The notes beneath the pieces were generated by a model. It ran no database searches and was not told the DNA's origin. It saw only the letters and a program-made list of their open reading frames with translations. Below are positions 1 to 12,316 of a stretch of DNA of 64,000 nucleotides, piece by piece. The stretch covers positions 192,128-256,127 of the forward strand of contig JAPMXV010000020.1 in NCBI GenBank assembly GCA_026936335.1, written 5' to 3'. The DNA comes from Mantamonas sphyraenae STR306. Taxonomy: Eukaryota > Protista > CRuMs. The stretch's first letter is position 1. Every line of letters starts with the position of its first letter. Both the position numbers and the translations under genes were made by a program.

Positions 1-806
1 CTGCCGGAGTCGAGCTTTGTGCTGGACGACTTTAAGCGTCTGTACCAGAACAAGAGCAACACCCGCAAGGACGTGCTGCCCACCTTCTGGGAGACCTTTG
101 ACGCCGAGGGATACTCGCTGTACCACATCGAGTACGACGACCCGGCTGCCCTCGAGGGCCAGGCCGACTTCCAGGTGGCCAACCTGGTCAACGGCTTCTT
201 CCAGGTGAGTTTTCTTTTTTCCGCCCCGCTTGCGACGACGACGACGACGACGACTGAGCTTTTCCCCTTGTTCCCATTTTCCCTTTTCTTCTGTGCTGCT
301 GTTGTTGCTGGTGTGCGCGCCGTGTCGTCCGGCCATGAGGATCGATATAGTTATCCCTGTCTGAAGATTTAACTTTTCATTTTCTAAAAATGTGGAAGCC
401 TACAACTATGCTGAGCCAGCAAGCAGCCGCCGCAGCAGAAGCAACAGCAGCAGCAGCACGCGAGCGAGTGCGGTGATCTGTGGTGTCTTTGTGCCTCGCG
501 GAAAGCTCACACATAACCCTCCCCGGGCAAACACAAACGCAGCGTCTGGACCGCCTGCGCAAGTACGGCTTTGGCATCATGCTGATCTTTGGCGAGAAGA
601 AGAAGCACACCCTGTCCGGTGTGTGGATCTTCCGCGGTGACGGCATCCCGGCCGAGATGTCCACTTGCGACGACAGCGAGCTGTACATCTTCAAGCGCCT
701 GAACCCGCAGGACGACGCCGACAAGGAGCTGTTCAGCGACTACATGGCCTGGGACGGAAACCTCGGTGGCCGTGGCGAGGCTCTGGACGGCAAGGTGTTT
801 GTCTAA
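1..806 (+). CDS. EEF1G: Elongation factor 1-gamma, C-terminal part (5'-truncated by the window edge); exons <1-204 and 543-806
   Basis: Spliced product LPESSFVLDDFKRLYQN...NLVNGFFQ|RLDRLRKYGFG...SGVWIFRG matches the EF1G C-terminal domain. Phase-0 intron 205-542 (GTGAGT...CAG) with a CTCAC branch-like motif. Confidence 0.95.
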
Positions 807-937
807 GTTGCTGGAAACAACAAAAACCCGCTGCGTGAGGCCAGCGGATCCCGTGCTGGTTCTCTCCAGTGCATTTCCCAAAACGAATTCTCTCTCTGCA
901 TTGGTGTTTGTGTTTGCTGTGTGTCTTGTCCAGGAGG

Positions 938-3648
938 TCACCTGCTGTTGCTGCTGCTGGTGCTGGATGTGGCTGCGAGGTGGAGAGCGAGGGTGCCGCG
1001 TGTGACGACGCCCGAGTCGCTCCGAGTCCGTGTGGACGGCCCAAGCCTGGCAATGGGTTTGAGCCCCACAGGTGCGACGCCGGGAGTGACAAAGGGCTGG
1101 CTGGCGCGTTGCAGATCCAGAAGAATGTCGTCGGGAGTGGCCGGTGCAAACTGTCGTGGTTTGGATGGTGGTGGCGTGCTGCCTACGGGTGGATGGTTGA
1201 TGACACGCACGTCGTCGTCCTCATCCGTCTCTTCACCATCCAACTCCTCGTCGCTGTCCCGTCGCGGATGTTGCTGTGGCCGTCGTTGCTGCTGCTCGTC
1301 CTCTGTGTCTGTGCTGGCTCGTGGCGACTTTCCCAACCGTTGCAGCACCTTGCGCTTTGTTGTGGGCGTGTGTGCAGGCGACTGGCTGCCCGACGCTACG
1401 CTGCTGGGCGAGCCTGTGCGCGCTGCATTGACCAGGGCGAGCGCAGCGGTGGCTGACGTGTTGGCCACCAGTTGCGGGCGTGTGGGCGTTCGTGGCGTAT
1501 CAATGGTAGTGTTGCCTGTGGGTGTCGAGGTGCGCGAGGCAGTGGGTGTCGAGGTGCGCGGGGTGGTTGCAACCGACTTTGCCGGATCGCGGGTGGCCGA
1601 GGCTGGCTGACTGTGTGCGCCTGCACCCAGATGTTCCACATCGTGCTTGCCAGCGGGCGTGGCATGGCCAGGCAGCTTCACGTACCAGGTGCTGGTGTCC
1701 ACACGGCCAGTCGCATCGAGGTAGTGGAGGACGGCCATGGCTACCAAAAGGAGTGCCCAGAGAATGTACATGGCGGTTTGGGCGGGTTCCTTGGATTGGG
1801 GTTGGTCCACGATGGCAATGCCCATGAGGGAGGCCAGGGCACTGGCAAACTGTGCAGTGGCACGCCAGTAGTCCCAGATGGATTGCGAAGGCCGTGTGAG
1901 CGCACAGTAGACGGCCAGCACAAGCAGGAAGCAGAACTGGATGCACATGCGCGCCAATGGGTAGTTGTTGAGCAGCCAGGAAAACACAGTGATGACAAAG
2001 CCCAGGTTGTTGCTAAGCAGGTGGAAACTAGGCGTCCAGCGGATGTCCAGCTCCATGTCGCGCTCTTCCCACAGTGGCGTGCCCAACACGGCCATGGGAT
2101 AGTACAGAGCCAACGTTAGCAGGCCAAACCAGACCATGGCAAAGTGGGAGGCATCCCAACAGGCCACAGCAGGGTCGCGGTACAAGACGGCTGTGTTGCC
2201 GGCCGCTGAATAGTTGCAGAAGAGCACCGAGACCATTTGGTTGATGAGAGGCACGTACAAAAGGCTGGAGACACCGGACAGGTACTCCAGGGCATTGAAG
2301 TGGACGTCGATGCCTCGCAGAGATAGCCACCCCTGCCATCGGGGAGCCTCGAGGAGGAGCCGCATGACGACCGAGATGACGACCGAGAGGGCAAACAGCA
2401 CAGCAGGCTGGCGCAAGTTGAATTGCAGAGAGGTGAACGTGGCACGGAGCCAGGGATGCCAGGGCACAGTGGGGGTGTTGAAGGAAAAGGCGCTGAGCTG
2501 GACAAACTCCCAAAAGATGGAAAAAATGGTGAGGTAGTTTGCTGTGTTGCGTCGAATGTGGGAGGAGGAGGGTGTGCTCGTGGCTTGTGAGCGCACGCCG
2601 CAGTACGTGGTCAAGCCCAGCAGGAGGGCGAGGATGAGCACGAGGACGGTGTCGACGGCCGCTCCGCCGTCACCGAGAGATGGATAGTCGCCGTTGGCCA
2701 CGGCCCCACCAACGCCCATGACCACAATGACCAGCACCAGGAGTAGGACATCGATGGCCCACTGGATCTGTCGCGGGATAGGTTCGTTGAGAAACCAGAG
2801 TGGTACGGAGAGGGAGCCCACAAGCGGGTTGTGTGCAATGTCCATAAACTGCACACGCAGACACAGTAGCGTGGGTGGGCAGAGTGAGCCAGGATGCACG
2901 TGAGGGATTGCGGGAGGGAGGCCGGGCGCGGTTGAAACGTTACCTGCAAACGCTGCAAAAGGCCAATCTCCGGGATGAGTGAGGAGAGGCGGTTGGAACT
3001 GACGTCGAGGAGACGCAGACGTTCCATGCCCGACACTGTGGTGGGCAGAGTGGTGAGCTGGTTGTTGTTGGCGCGGAGGACCTCAAGTTTGTCCAAGCGG
3101 CCGATTTCCCGCGGTAGCTGTGGACAAGGATGGGCCGCAGGAGAGGGCGGGTGCACACAGGGTGAGCGGAAAGGGTGCAGAAACGAGGGGTTGGGGCATT
3201 GGGCGTTCTGGGGTCAAACTCACAAGAGTCAGCTGGTTGTAGCCGAGGTCGAGGTGCTTGAGGCTGACCAACGCGCCAATCTCGGCGGGCAGAAAGAGAA
3301 GGCCATTGTGGCTGACGTCGAGGGTGTGCAGGTTTGTGAGGGCACCCAGCTCGGGTGGAAGGCTCATGAGTTTGAGGGCACGGCATTGCAGAGTCTCCAG
3401 CTGGACGAGATTGCCTGCAACGGGGAAGGGGTTAGCACTGACACAACCAAGACACGGGGAGGCCTGGGGGCACACGAACCGATGACGGGATCGAGCTCAG
3501 TAAGCATGTTTTCGTTCAGGTCGAGCTCTTTGAGGTGTGTGAGCGTACCCAGCGATGCAGGCAGCTCTGTGAGAGCAATGAGGCCGGCTTTGAGCGAGCG
3601 CGCCTGGTCTTCACGACACTCGCGGATGGCCTCTTCAAAGAGCTCCAT
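938..3648 (-). CDS. N-terminal leucine-rich-repeat, multipass membrane protein; exons ~3648-3480, 3414-3224, 3117-2944, 2848-938
   Basis: LxxLxxLDLxxNxL repeats spread over three reading frames and joined by three GT-AG introns in consistent phase, then about 9-10 hydrophobic segments and an S/T/P-rich tail. Confidence 0.8.
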
Positions 3649-3738
3649 GGGGTTGCGCTGTCCGAGGCAGGGCAACGAGGAGCACAACCAACTTTTACAG
3701 ACAAGCACACATCCACACTCACCGGCGCCACAAACATC

Positions 3739-4101
3739 ATGAACCAAGCACGCAGTAGTTCGATCCAGGCGCCGAATCCGCCGCAGAAAGGGTCGTTCCC
3801 GTTGGATCACGACGGCGAGTGCACCGAATCGATGGCGCAGTACATGGAATGTCTGCAACAGCACAGCAACAAGATTGTGGAGTGCAAGAGCCTGGCCAAG
3901 GTGTATCTGGAGTGCAGAATGAAGCGGTGAGTTCAAGCGGTGCGGCGGAAAGGAGTCGGACGAATTTCGCGTGCGGCGCACACGACTCACATGCCTGCGC
4001 TACACAGAGGTCTGATGATGGAAGAGCCCATGAGCAACCTGGGCTTCCAGGAGGAAGAGGGTGGCGAGGACACAGACGGGAAACAGGAGAGGCAGGAGTG
4101 A
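3739..4101 (+). CDS. COX19: Cytochrome c oxidase assembly protein COX19 (twin CX9C); exons 3739-3926 and 4008-4101
   Basis: PPQKGSFPLDHDGEC...YMECL...CKSLAKVYLECRM(R)GLM...LGF is the COX19 signature; GTGAGT...CAG intron. Confidence 0.95.
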
Positions 4102-4136
4102 GACGAGCGCGCGCGGCTGGGCAGGCAAACTACAGC

Positions 4137-5410
4137 ATGGACGTGGAGCTGCTGAGCAATGCGAGGAGGCTGCGGCAGGAGGCATTGGATGTAAATGAAG
4201 CGTTGAGAACGACAGAGGCAGGGGCAGTGAGCCAGGTGGATTTGCGGCGCTCGGCTCTTGCGGACGAGGAGCGGAGCAAGCTGCAGGAGCTGGAGATGCT
4301 GGAGGGGGAGATTGCAGACATGAAGAAGCAGTTGCGGGAGTTGGAAAAGGCACAGGCACAGTCAAAGAAGCTGGGCAGCTCGGTAGAGTGGGTTGTACAG
4401 CGTGGACGTGTGGACGTGTGGTGGATTGTGGATTGGCGCGCGCGTTGCTGACACGTCGGGCGCACGCAGAGAGCACCTGGACGTGGCGTCGAAGCAGATG
4501 TACAACACGATGTTGGCAGATGATGATGCTCTGTTTTCACAGGCGCAGGAAGACGAGATCCTGCAACAGGTGGGTTGCAGAACGGGGTGCCGATTTGGGT
4601 GATGGCGGGAAAGCGCGGGAAGCGTCTGGATTTTTTGTGTGTGGATGGGGCTGACACACGGCACGGGGTGTTTTGCACGGTGTGTGTTGCGTGTTGCAGA
4701 TTGGTGAGCAGAGGGCGTTGGGCATTGAGATTACACGTGCACACCAGCACGTGCTGAGTGGCAAGGAGCAGGAACAGATCGACGTGCCCACAACGAGGCG
4801 TGCGCGGAACCGTGGAAGGGGCAAGGCAAGGACGACAAGTGTGCGTAGGTACAAGGTGGAAGGGCACAGCTGGGGCAACACATTCGGAATGGAGTTTCTG
4901 GTAAAGGAAAGCAGTGAGCTGACGGTGTTTGGGCTGGAGGTGGAGGTGTGCGAGGCTCTGCAGGAGCCGTTGAGGCCGTTTGTGGCCAAGTGTGAGAAAG
5001 ACAATTCGGTGCAGGGCTTCCTGAGTGGGCTGGCCGGCTATTGCAACGTGGCGGCGCGGCGGCAAGGAGTGTACAGAGCGTTTGCGCAGGAGTATGGCCA
5101 GGAGGTGGAGTACGTGGAGAGTGTGGCGTGCACACAGATGACGTATATGGATGGCACGCAAGGGGTGGGTTTGACCATGGACTGGACGGCAGAGTGGAAC
5201 GAGGAGAGCAACGGGTGGGACGAGGTCGTGGACTGCTGGATGGTGAGCACAGAAACGTACCAGGCCCAAGTGGGGCAGAGGCTGATGGAGCAGCTGAGCG
5301 CAGGCTGGAACCAGATGTTTAGGGATGTGATGGTCCAGTGTGAGGGCGATGTGTTGACCGCGCTTCGCTTCCTTGTGGAGAGTGTGCGTGGTGAACGGTT
5401 CGATGAATGA
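4137..5410 (+). CDS. CENPP: Centromere protein P (CENP-P/Ctf19)-like kinetochore protein; exons 4137-4387, 4470-4569, 4700-5410
   Basis: N-terminal coiled coil, then RRYKVEGHSWGNTFGMEFLVKE...LRPFVAKCEKDNSVQGFLSGL...RRQGVYRAFAQEY and a terminal ALRFLVESV. These parallel the recalled CENP-P motifs (RHRLSGNC...FQLEF...LSEFVSRAEE...RKRTFKHLKEKY...ALESLIKSL). Two GTGGGT...CAG introns keep the frame. Confidence 0.65.
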
Positions 5411-5531
5411 GGGAGGAGAAATGAAAGGAAGAGTGTGTTTTGGGATGCGAATCATGTTGAGAGTGGGTGGAGACAGACAGAGGACGGGAGGTCGGACGCG
5501 GAGGCCACCAAACAAAAAAACAACAGCCAAC

Positions 5532-6646
5532 ATGGACGCGGGTGCATCCGCGGGAATTGTCCTTGCGATCATCGTGGTTTTGGTGTTGATTTATATCAAT
5601 TACTCACTGATCATTGTGCACCAGGCTGAGGGTGAGTCGTGGGGAGGGGCGCATGGATTTCCCATTGACGACGCAAACTCACGCTGCGGGCTGGGACTGG
5701 CACAGGCATGGTGATTGAGCGGTTCGGCAAGTTCCAGCGCGTTCTAAAAAGCGGGCTAAACTGGATCACGCCGTTTGTGGACACGCCGCGCTCGTTCAAC
5801 TGGACGCGTACGTCGCTGCTGCCGTCGGGAGCGATCGAGGACACACGGTGAGTTTGACTTTGCGCATGGTTTTTCGGGTTGCGGGGTTGCCTTGGGCCGT
5901 ACAGCTGACACCACAGGGACACACGGGGCACACACAGCACTACGGACTCGCGCATCGACCTGCGTGAGAGCGTGTTCAACTTTATGCGCCAGGAGGTGTA
6001 CACCAAGGTGGGTTAGCGCGGGGCGAAGAGAACGGGCGGTGTTGATGGAGTTTGGCGGGTGCGCACAGGTGCACGGAGGGACTGACACACGACGCACTGG
6101 GGTGCGCTTGAAACATGTACAGGACACTGTGCTGGTCACAGTGAACGCACTGATGTACTACCGCATCTTTGACATCAAGAAGGCGGTGTACGAGGTGGAC
6201 GATCTGGAGTCGGCGTTGAGCAACACGGCTCAGACTCAGCTCAAGGAGGTGTTTGGAAACGTATGTGGCGTGAATGGGGCGAGAGAGTGGAAGGAGCAAC
6301 AGTGAGATGGGGCGTCCATGGGGCACACACGTGGCAGAGGTGATCGGAATGTTGCAAGCGGCAAGAGAGAGACGCACAGAGAGAGAGGCGCCACACAATT
6401 TCCCTCTTGACTCACATTGGTCGATGCGGGCAAACGCAACACACACACCACAGATGTCGTTCTCCGAGGCGCTGCAGTCGCAGGCTGCGATCAACAAGCA
6501 CCTTGGCGCAGAGTTTGCCAAGCTCTTCTATGCCTGGGGCATCAGCGTGGTGCGTTGTGGGCAAATTGAAGGGGGAGAAAGCCGGGTTCCCACCAGGCAT
6601 GATCGCAAACTCCAGACTCGGTCGACTGACACGGCGATGGCGACAC

Positions 6647-6677
<31 letters not shown>

Positions 6678-7194
6678 GGAACGTATGGAACTGCTGGAGT
6701 TGACGCCGCGCGGCAACATCTCGGACTCGATGAAGAAGCAGATGGTGGCTGAGCGTCAGCGACGAGGAGAGTTTATCCGCTCGGAGGGTGCCAAGAGCGC
6801 CATGCGTCTGACGGCCGAAGGAAACAAGATGGTGTCTGTGAACATGGGTCTTGCCGAGCAAGAGGCGACCAAGAAGCGCTCGGAGGGCGAGGCTGGTGCC
6901 AAGATCGAGCTTGCCCAGGCCGAGTCGAACGCGCTGGAAACGGTGGCCCAGGCCCTGAAGACGGACGGAACGGCCCAGTCGCAGTACATGCTGTCGCAGC
7001 GTTACCTGGACATGTTCCGCTCCATGAACGCCAACGTGGATAACAAGAACATCTACCTGCCGTACGAGGTGTTTAACATCTCCGGCCTGGTCGGCACGCT
7101 GCCCGATTCGTTCGGCCTCAACTCGAGCTTCTCTGCCGCAGGAGTGCCCGAGAACGCTGGTGGTGATGACGATGAGTTTGACGATCTGTCGTAA
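5532..7194 (+). CDS. SPFH/Band-7 (stomatin-like) membrane protein; exons 5532-5631, 5706-5847, 5938-6007, 6123-6260, 6454-6549, 6679-7194
   Basis: N-terminal TM helix, VIERFGKFQRVLKSGLNWITPFVD, RIDLRE, QEVYTKD, KAVYEVDD, WGISVERMEL and QMVAERQRR motifs; five introns in consistent phase. Confidence 0.92.
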
Positions 7195-7305
7195 GGAGGG
7201 TCTGACCCTGAGATGATGAAACACTGGAATTTGGGACCAGAGAGTGCTGAATTCATTGTCTTGGACGTTCCTTCCGTCGTTGTCGCCTTCCAGCGTCGTC
7301 TTTGG

Positions 7306-8790
7306 TCACCCTCTGTCCATGCTCGAGTTGATGGCGTCGAGAATGCCGACAATGGGAGACGGCGTGTCGCCGTGTTGATCGTTCTTGCCGTCGTTGGTTT
7401 CCTTCGACGCGTCGTCCGAGTCCTCCGAGTCCTCCGAGTCCTCCGTTAGCTGCCGGTGGGGTACAGGCACAATCAAAATGCGAGTCGGGGGTGTTTCTGC
7501 GCCACGGCCTTCGCCATCCTCCTCCGACGTGTCGGTGGTCCACGACGGTGTGTCGGAACGCAGGGTATTTACAACAAGCCGCTGCGTTGCGATGCGTGCG
7601 GCAGCAGAGGAAGACGAGGAGGATGAGGAGGAGGATGACGACGGCACCGCGTCGACGTCGCTATCGCTAGTACTGCTCTGGTCGAGCAGAAGCTGCTCGG
7701 CATCTGCGCTGGCAATGGTGGCATACTCCTCCTGGGCGCCTATGTACAGGGAGAGGTCCTCAAGAAGAAGAGGTTTGTGCACACCGAGGAGGGAGGCATG
7801 TGCGAGGTGGAGCAGGTTGGGCAGGGTGGCGTTGACACGTTCAACAGTGACCCCAAAGCGGGTGCACAGATAATACACGTTCTGGTTGAGCAGCATGACG
7901 GCACGCTCGGCCTCGTCACGAGTACATGTTTCAAAGTGAAGGGGGAGCCGAGTGTGTGATAAGGGCTGCAGAATAGACGAGGCCGAGCCAGCATGGCGCA
8001 ACGGGTAGGGCAGGAGAACATCCAGGTACCGGCCCAACAGCTGTGTGAGACGCACGAGATAGCCCATGGCTGTGGAGATGAGCTCAACGGGCTCGAGCGT
8101 GTGAAGGCCTCCTGCGTCTGGAAGGTGAAGGTTGAGGATGCGGCAGCTGTCCTCGTCGTGGGTGTTGGAACGAGCGTGGCGCACAAGGAAGAGCCGCATC
8201 AGGTTCTGGACGTGGTATCTGCGCAACAGAGCCACTTGGTGGTTGATGCGTGCACTGTGGATGGCCAAAGTGCGCAGCTGGGCTGGAAACGAGACATCCA
8301 ACTGCCTCTGCCGGCGATCCAACAGGGCTCGTGTGCGCGCCAGCTTCTCCCGCTGCTCGTCGTTGTGTTTCCGCAGCAGCCACACCGCTTCTCGATCTGT
8401 GGGCCACCCGAGGGCACGAGGTATGGCATCGAGACACGTGTCAGCTGCGTGGGAAAGAGAAATGGGACACAGATGCACCGGAGGGCGGAGCCAAAGGCAG
8501 GCGGCCGAAAACGGAGGGTGGAGATTCCGGACCTTCAATCAAGGCGTCGAGTTTGTCGGTGATGAGTGAGACCAGGTGCTGTTTGCGCGCGCGAGCAGCT
8601 CGTCGCATGGCGGACTGGTGTTTGGCGCGCAGCTTGAGGTGCATGAGGTCATGGACGAGGTTGTGGACGTGCTGGGCGTCTGCGGTGGCCTGTTCGAGGC
8701 GTGCCTTGCGTGGTGCCACCACACGGCTGGCCACGCACTCGGGACAGGAAAAGTAGGGACTCTTCCTTCGACAGGCCACGCAGACGTAGG
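7306..8790 (-). CDS. ATG14/VPS38(UVRAG)-family PI3K complex subunit; intron ~8532-8397; start codon not resolved
   Basis: N-terminal CxxC...CxxC (CVACRRKSPYFSCPEC), coiled coil, and ISTAMGYLVRLTQLLGRYLDVLLPYPLRHAGSASSI, typical of the ATG14/VPS38 domain. Confidence 0.75.
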
Positions 8791-8862
8791 AACCAGACGG
8801 AATGTGGACCTTGATGGTGCCGGAACGCGAGCGGGTTGCTTTGGCTGCGGCGACGCAGGCAG

Positions 8863-10641
8863 ATGGACCGCATTCGAGTGGACGTGCTGGACAGCTCTGT
8901 GCATGAGCTGACAGGCAGACACGGCGCGTGTGTGGCCTTGTGTGGTGGCGGACGAGTGGTGTTGGGCATGGGAAGCGATGGCGCAGGACGGTTGTTGGAC
9001 TCGTGGGTGGAGCTGAGTCAGGACAGCAGCCGCAGCAGCAGCAACAGCAGAGGCGGAGGCGGACATGGAAGCAGCGGCGATGATGATGATGACGATGGAG
9101 GGTATGGAAGCAAGCGCATGACAGTGCGTACGTTGGCCAGAAGTGCTCGTGGGAGGGTGCACGCCGGAGCAGCGTTGGTGGAGGAGCGGTGGCTCGTCGT
9201 GTTTGGGGGCATGGACAGTGCCAATGAACCACTGGGCGACCTGGCCATCCTGGACACAGAAGGTGGCCAATGGCTGGAGTTGCACAAAGAGTGGATGGTG
9301 CACAACAACGTCAGCTTCTCGGCACACCAGGAGCAGTACCTGCGCGACGACGGGTCGCCGTGTCCTCGTATGGGTCACGCCATGGTTTCCAGCCAGCACG
9401 AGGCGGCATTGTACATAAGCGGAGGCAGCACAGGCGTGCAAAGGATGGATGTGTGTCTGGACGACCTGTGGCGGCTGGCGAAAGGCGACTCGGGTTGGCA
9501 CTGGCAAAAGATCACCGCCGTGCGAGGGCAGCCGCCACAGGCACGGTGCCACCATGCCATGTGCCTCTCTCAGGGCATCCCAAAGGCCATGGCTATGTTG
9601 TTGGACATGGACACACGATACACGGGCGACGGGACCGTGGTGTTTGTGCACGGCGGACGTCTCCACCACTCGGGCAAGGCCCAGGGCGATTTGCACATGT
9701 ACCACAGGTCCACGGGCCAATGGGTGAATGTGGGTATTCATGCGCGCAACAAGGAAGCAGCCCCGCCTGCATTGGCCGGCCATTGCATGTGGTTGGCCGA
9801 GTCGCCCGCACGACTCGTGCTCTGGGGAGGCCAACAGGCCAATCAGGAGATCAACGATGGCTTCTTTGTGTTGGATCTGGCCACACTCGTGTGGCAGGAC
9901 GATGTGCAAGTGGAACAGGGGGATGCACGTGGAATGTTGCGTCTGCCAGGCCTGAGTCACGCGGCAACGGCTCAGGCTCCTGGCGGGTCGTGGGCGCTTG
10001 TGTTTGGTGGCCAGGACAGCAAGCGAGCAACACGTGCTTTGATGGCTGTGGTGCACATGGAACACTCAGGCAACGGGGGCAGCGACATGGAGGAGGAAAA
10101 CGACTGGACTCGAGATGCAAAGGACGAAGCAGACACGCAGTCCTGGGATGCATTTGCAGGTGGGACGCAGACGACATCACTACTGACACACACAAGCACA
10201 GGACGGGGACATGCGTCGTGGTCAACGCAAACGAGAGACAACGAGTCGATGCTGGTGAAACATCTGTGCGAACAGCTGGACAGCAAACATGAACAGCTGA
10301 TGCGCACTCGAGCAGACCTGTCTCGCATCCTCCAGAGCAAACAGGCACTCGTCGACTCTGTGGGCGATCTGCGTCGCAGACTCAGCGAGCGTGTGCAACA
10401 GGTGGGGCGTCTCAAGGCTGAGCTGGAGGGTGGAGGTGCAGCCATCGACGCCTCGGTGTCTCCTTGGATGCGTCGCAGGCATGCACCGCCTCCACTCGAC
10501 GACGACAGGCCTGTTTTCGCATCCAAGGCTGTTCAAACAGAACCCCTGCGTCACCCATGGGTCGACTGGATGCCAAGTTTACTTCTGGTCGCTGTGGTGG
10601 CGTTGCTGCTTCTGCTGCTCTTTCGTGCAGGGGGAAGGTGA
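8863..10641 (+). CDS. Kelch-repeat protein with coiled coil and C-terminal transmembrane anchor
   Basis: Repeated R.GH/HA...LxVFGG...DLW/W Kelch motifs, a coiled coil near 10250-10430, and hydrophobic C-terminus LLLVAVVALLLLLLF. Confidence 0.8.
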   Translation: MDRIRVDVLDSSVHELTGRHGACVALCGGGRVVLGMGSDGAGRLLDSWVELSQDSSRSSSNSRGGGGHGSSGDDDDDDGGYGSKRMTVRTLARSARGRVHAGAALVEERWLVVFGGMDSANEPLGDLAILDTEGGQWLELHKEWMVHNNVSFSAHQEQYLRDDGSPCPRMGHAMVSSQHEAALYISGGSTGVQRMDVCLDDLWRLAKGDSGWHWQKITAVRGQPPQARCHHAMCLSQGIPKAMAMLLDMDTRYTGDGTVVFVHGGRLHHSGKAQGDLHMYHRSTGQWVNVGIHARNKEAAPPALAGHCMWLAESPARLVLWGGQQANQEINDGFFVLDLATLVWQDDVQVEQGDARGMLRLPGLSHAATAQAPGGSWALVFGGQDSKRATRALMAVVHMEHSGNGGSDMEEENDWTRDAKDEADTQSWDAFAGGTQTTSLLTHTSTGRGHASWSTQTRDNESMLVKHLCEQLDSKHEQLMRTRADLSRILQSKQALVDSVGDLRRRLSERVQQVGRLKAELEGGGAAIDASVSPWMRRRHAPPPLDDDRPVFASKAVQTEPLRHPWVDWMPSLLLVAVVALLLLLLFRAGGR

Positions 10642-10696
10642 ATTGAAATGAGAATGGATTGGTTGATTCGGTGTTGGTTGGTTGACGCTCAGACGC

Positions 10697-12216
10697 TTAC
10701 AAACCGGTGATCCCCTTGAGCTTCTTGAGGTCGTCGATCTGCTGCTCGAGGGCTTCGACGTCGGCAATGAGCTGCTCGCGCTCCTCCAGGTCGAGGCCGT
10801 TGCTGTCGTAAAGCTTGTGGGCACGGCGGTGCTGCACAACCTCGCGGAAATTTTCGTAGCCGTACTCACGCTTGCTCATGGTGAAGTACCAGTAGCCGAC
10901 GAGGGCGGAACCGGTGCCGATGAAGTACGTGATAGGTTCCATGATATCCCAGGAGAACTCCCACCAGGTGAGGCGGGCCAGGAAGCCAAACTCGACGCCC
11001 AGGAAGGCAAGGCCACCCCACATGACGCGGTTGGAGTAACTTGCAGCCTGTGTGTCCAGGTCCAGCTTGAGCTTGTTCAGTGGCTCGAGCTCGCCGTGCT
11101 TCTCTTCCAGCGCTGTGTACAACTGCTCGAGCTTGGCGTCCGAGTGGTGGCCCTTGATGTCCATGGCCTCCATGGCGGCGTCAATGACCAGCTGGGGCTT
11201 GAGCACGACTGTGTTGGCCAACAGCGGGTCCTTGGAGTCCGGGAAGTGCATGATCAGACCCAGGTGGTGGAGGTAGCGTGCCACACGGCGGGCTTCGATC
11301 TGATCGACGCCCTCATCACTGGCAATGGTCAAAAACTCGTCCAGGGAGATCTGCTGGCGCGGATCGCCAATGACACGCTGGCGAAGGCGGTTGATGTCCA
11401 CGCGTGCCAGCACGCCCTTGAGGCCCGGGATGTCGTCCACGTTGGTGGCCGAGTCCCACGTTGACGGCGGCACCACACGCACCGTCTCGCCGTCGATGTT
11501 GACGTTGAAGTCCGTGTGCAGCAGGTGGCGTACGGGCGTGCGCAGCGAAATCAGCGCGTCGTTGTTGTCCGTCACGCTCACGTTCTGGATGCCCTTGGTT
11601 TGTGCTGTGGCATCGAGGAAGGCCGTGGGAGAGGGGATCGTGTCAGAGGGTGTGTGGCGGGTTGCATGCACGTTGCTCGTTCCGCCGGCGCGACGGTTGA
11701 CGTCGGGAGGGTTTCCTTACACAGCATCTCCTGCACAAAGTGCTCCACCTCGCTGTCGCGATCCAGAAAGAAGACGCGATCCTGGCCGTTGAGACCCAAG
11801 GTGAGTTTGCCCACGCCGTTGACGTCTTCCATTTGCACGACTCGGATGGCTGTGTGTGTGTGTGTGTGGAGGGAGAGACGCGCGCGGACGAGAGGGCGCC
11901 AAGAGGGCCCCGTTGCGCGAGACAAGAAGGCTGCGTCAGCTTGGGCACAAAGGCAGAAGGCGGGCGGCACAGGGTGGCCCTGGGTGCATATGTACACGAT
12001 TGCCTGTGGTAGAAAGGGAGGTGGCATGGAGCAGAGGGCGGCTTGGATGGCAAAGGGACGGCGTGTGGGGTGGGTTTGTGTGCTGAGCGTACCTTTGCCC
12101 GACGGCTTGTCCTTGTCAGAAGCAGCGAGTGTGGGGCCCGTGTGCAGGCATCGCTGGACATGTGCGCCAGACACCCAAGCGGTGGGGCGTGCGTGTTTGG
12201 TGGCTCGCACAAACAT
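10697..12216 (-). CDS. MCU: Mitochondrial calcium uniporter pore subunit; exons ~12216-12093, ~11850-11721, ~11605-10697
   Basis: Two TM helices flanking WWEFSWDIMEPITYF (DIME filter), with coiled coils on both sides. Exon 1 (MFVRATKHARPTAW...) resembles a mitochondrial presequence. Confidence 0.93.
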
Positions 12217-12316
12217 TCGCTTTGGGAGGGTGCGGAGTGGGTGCCACAGCGCCGACGGGGGCAAAACCCTTCGCTCTGCTCTCGGAATGCGAGTCATTCA
12301 GTTGCAATCGACAGAA

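Noticed and set aside
6640-6678. (CA)n tracts here and at ~11850, and G runs at ~32220 and ~46420
   Set aside because: Ordinary intronic microsatellites and low-complexity tracts.
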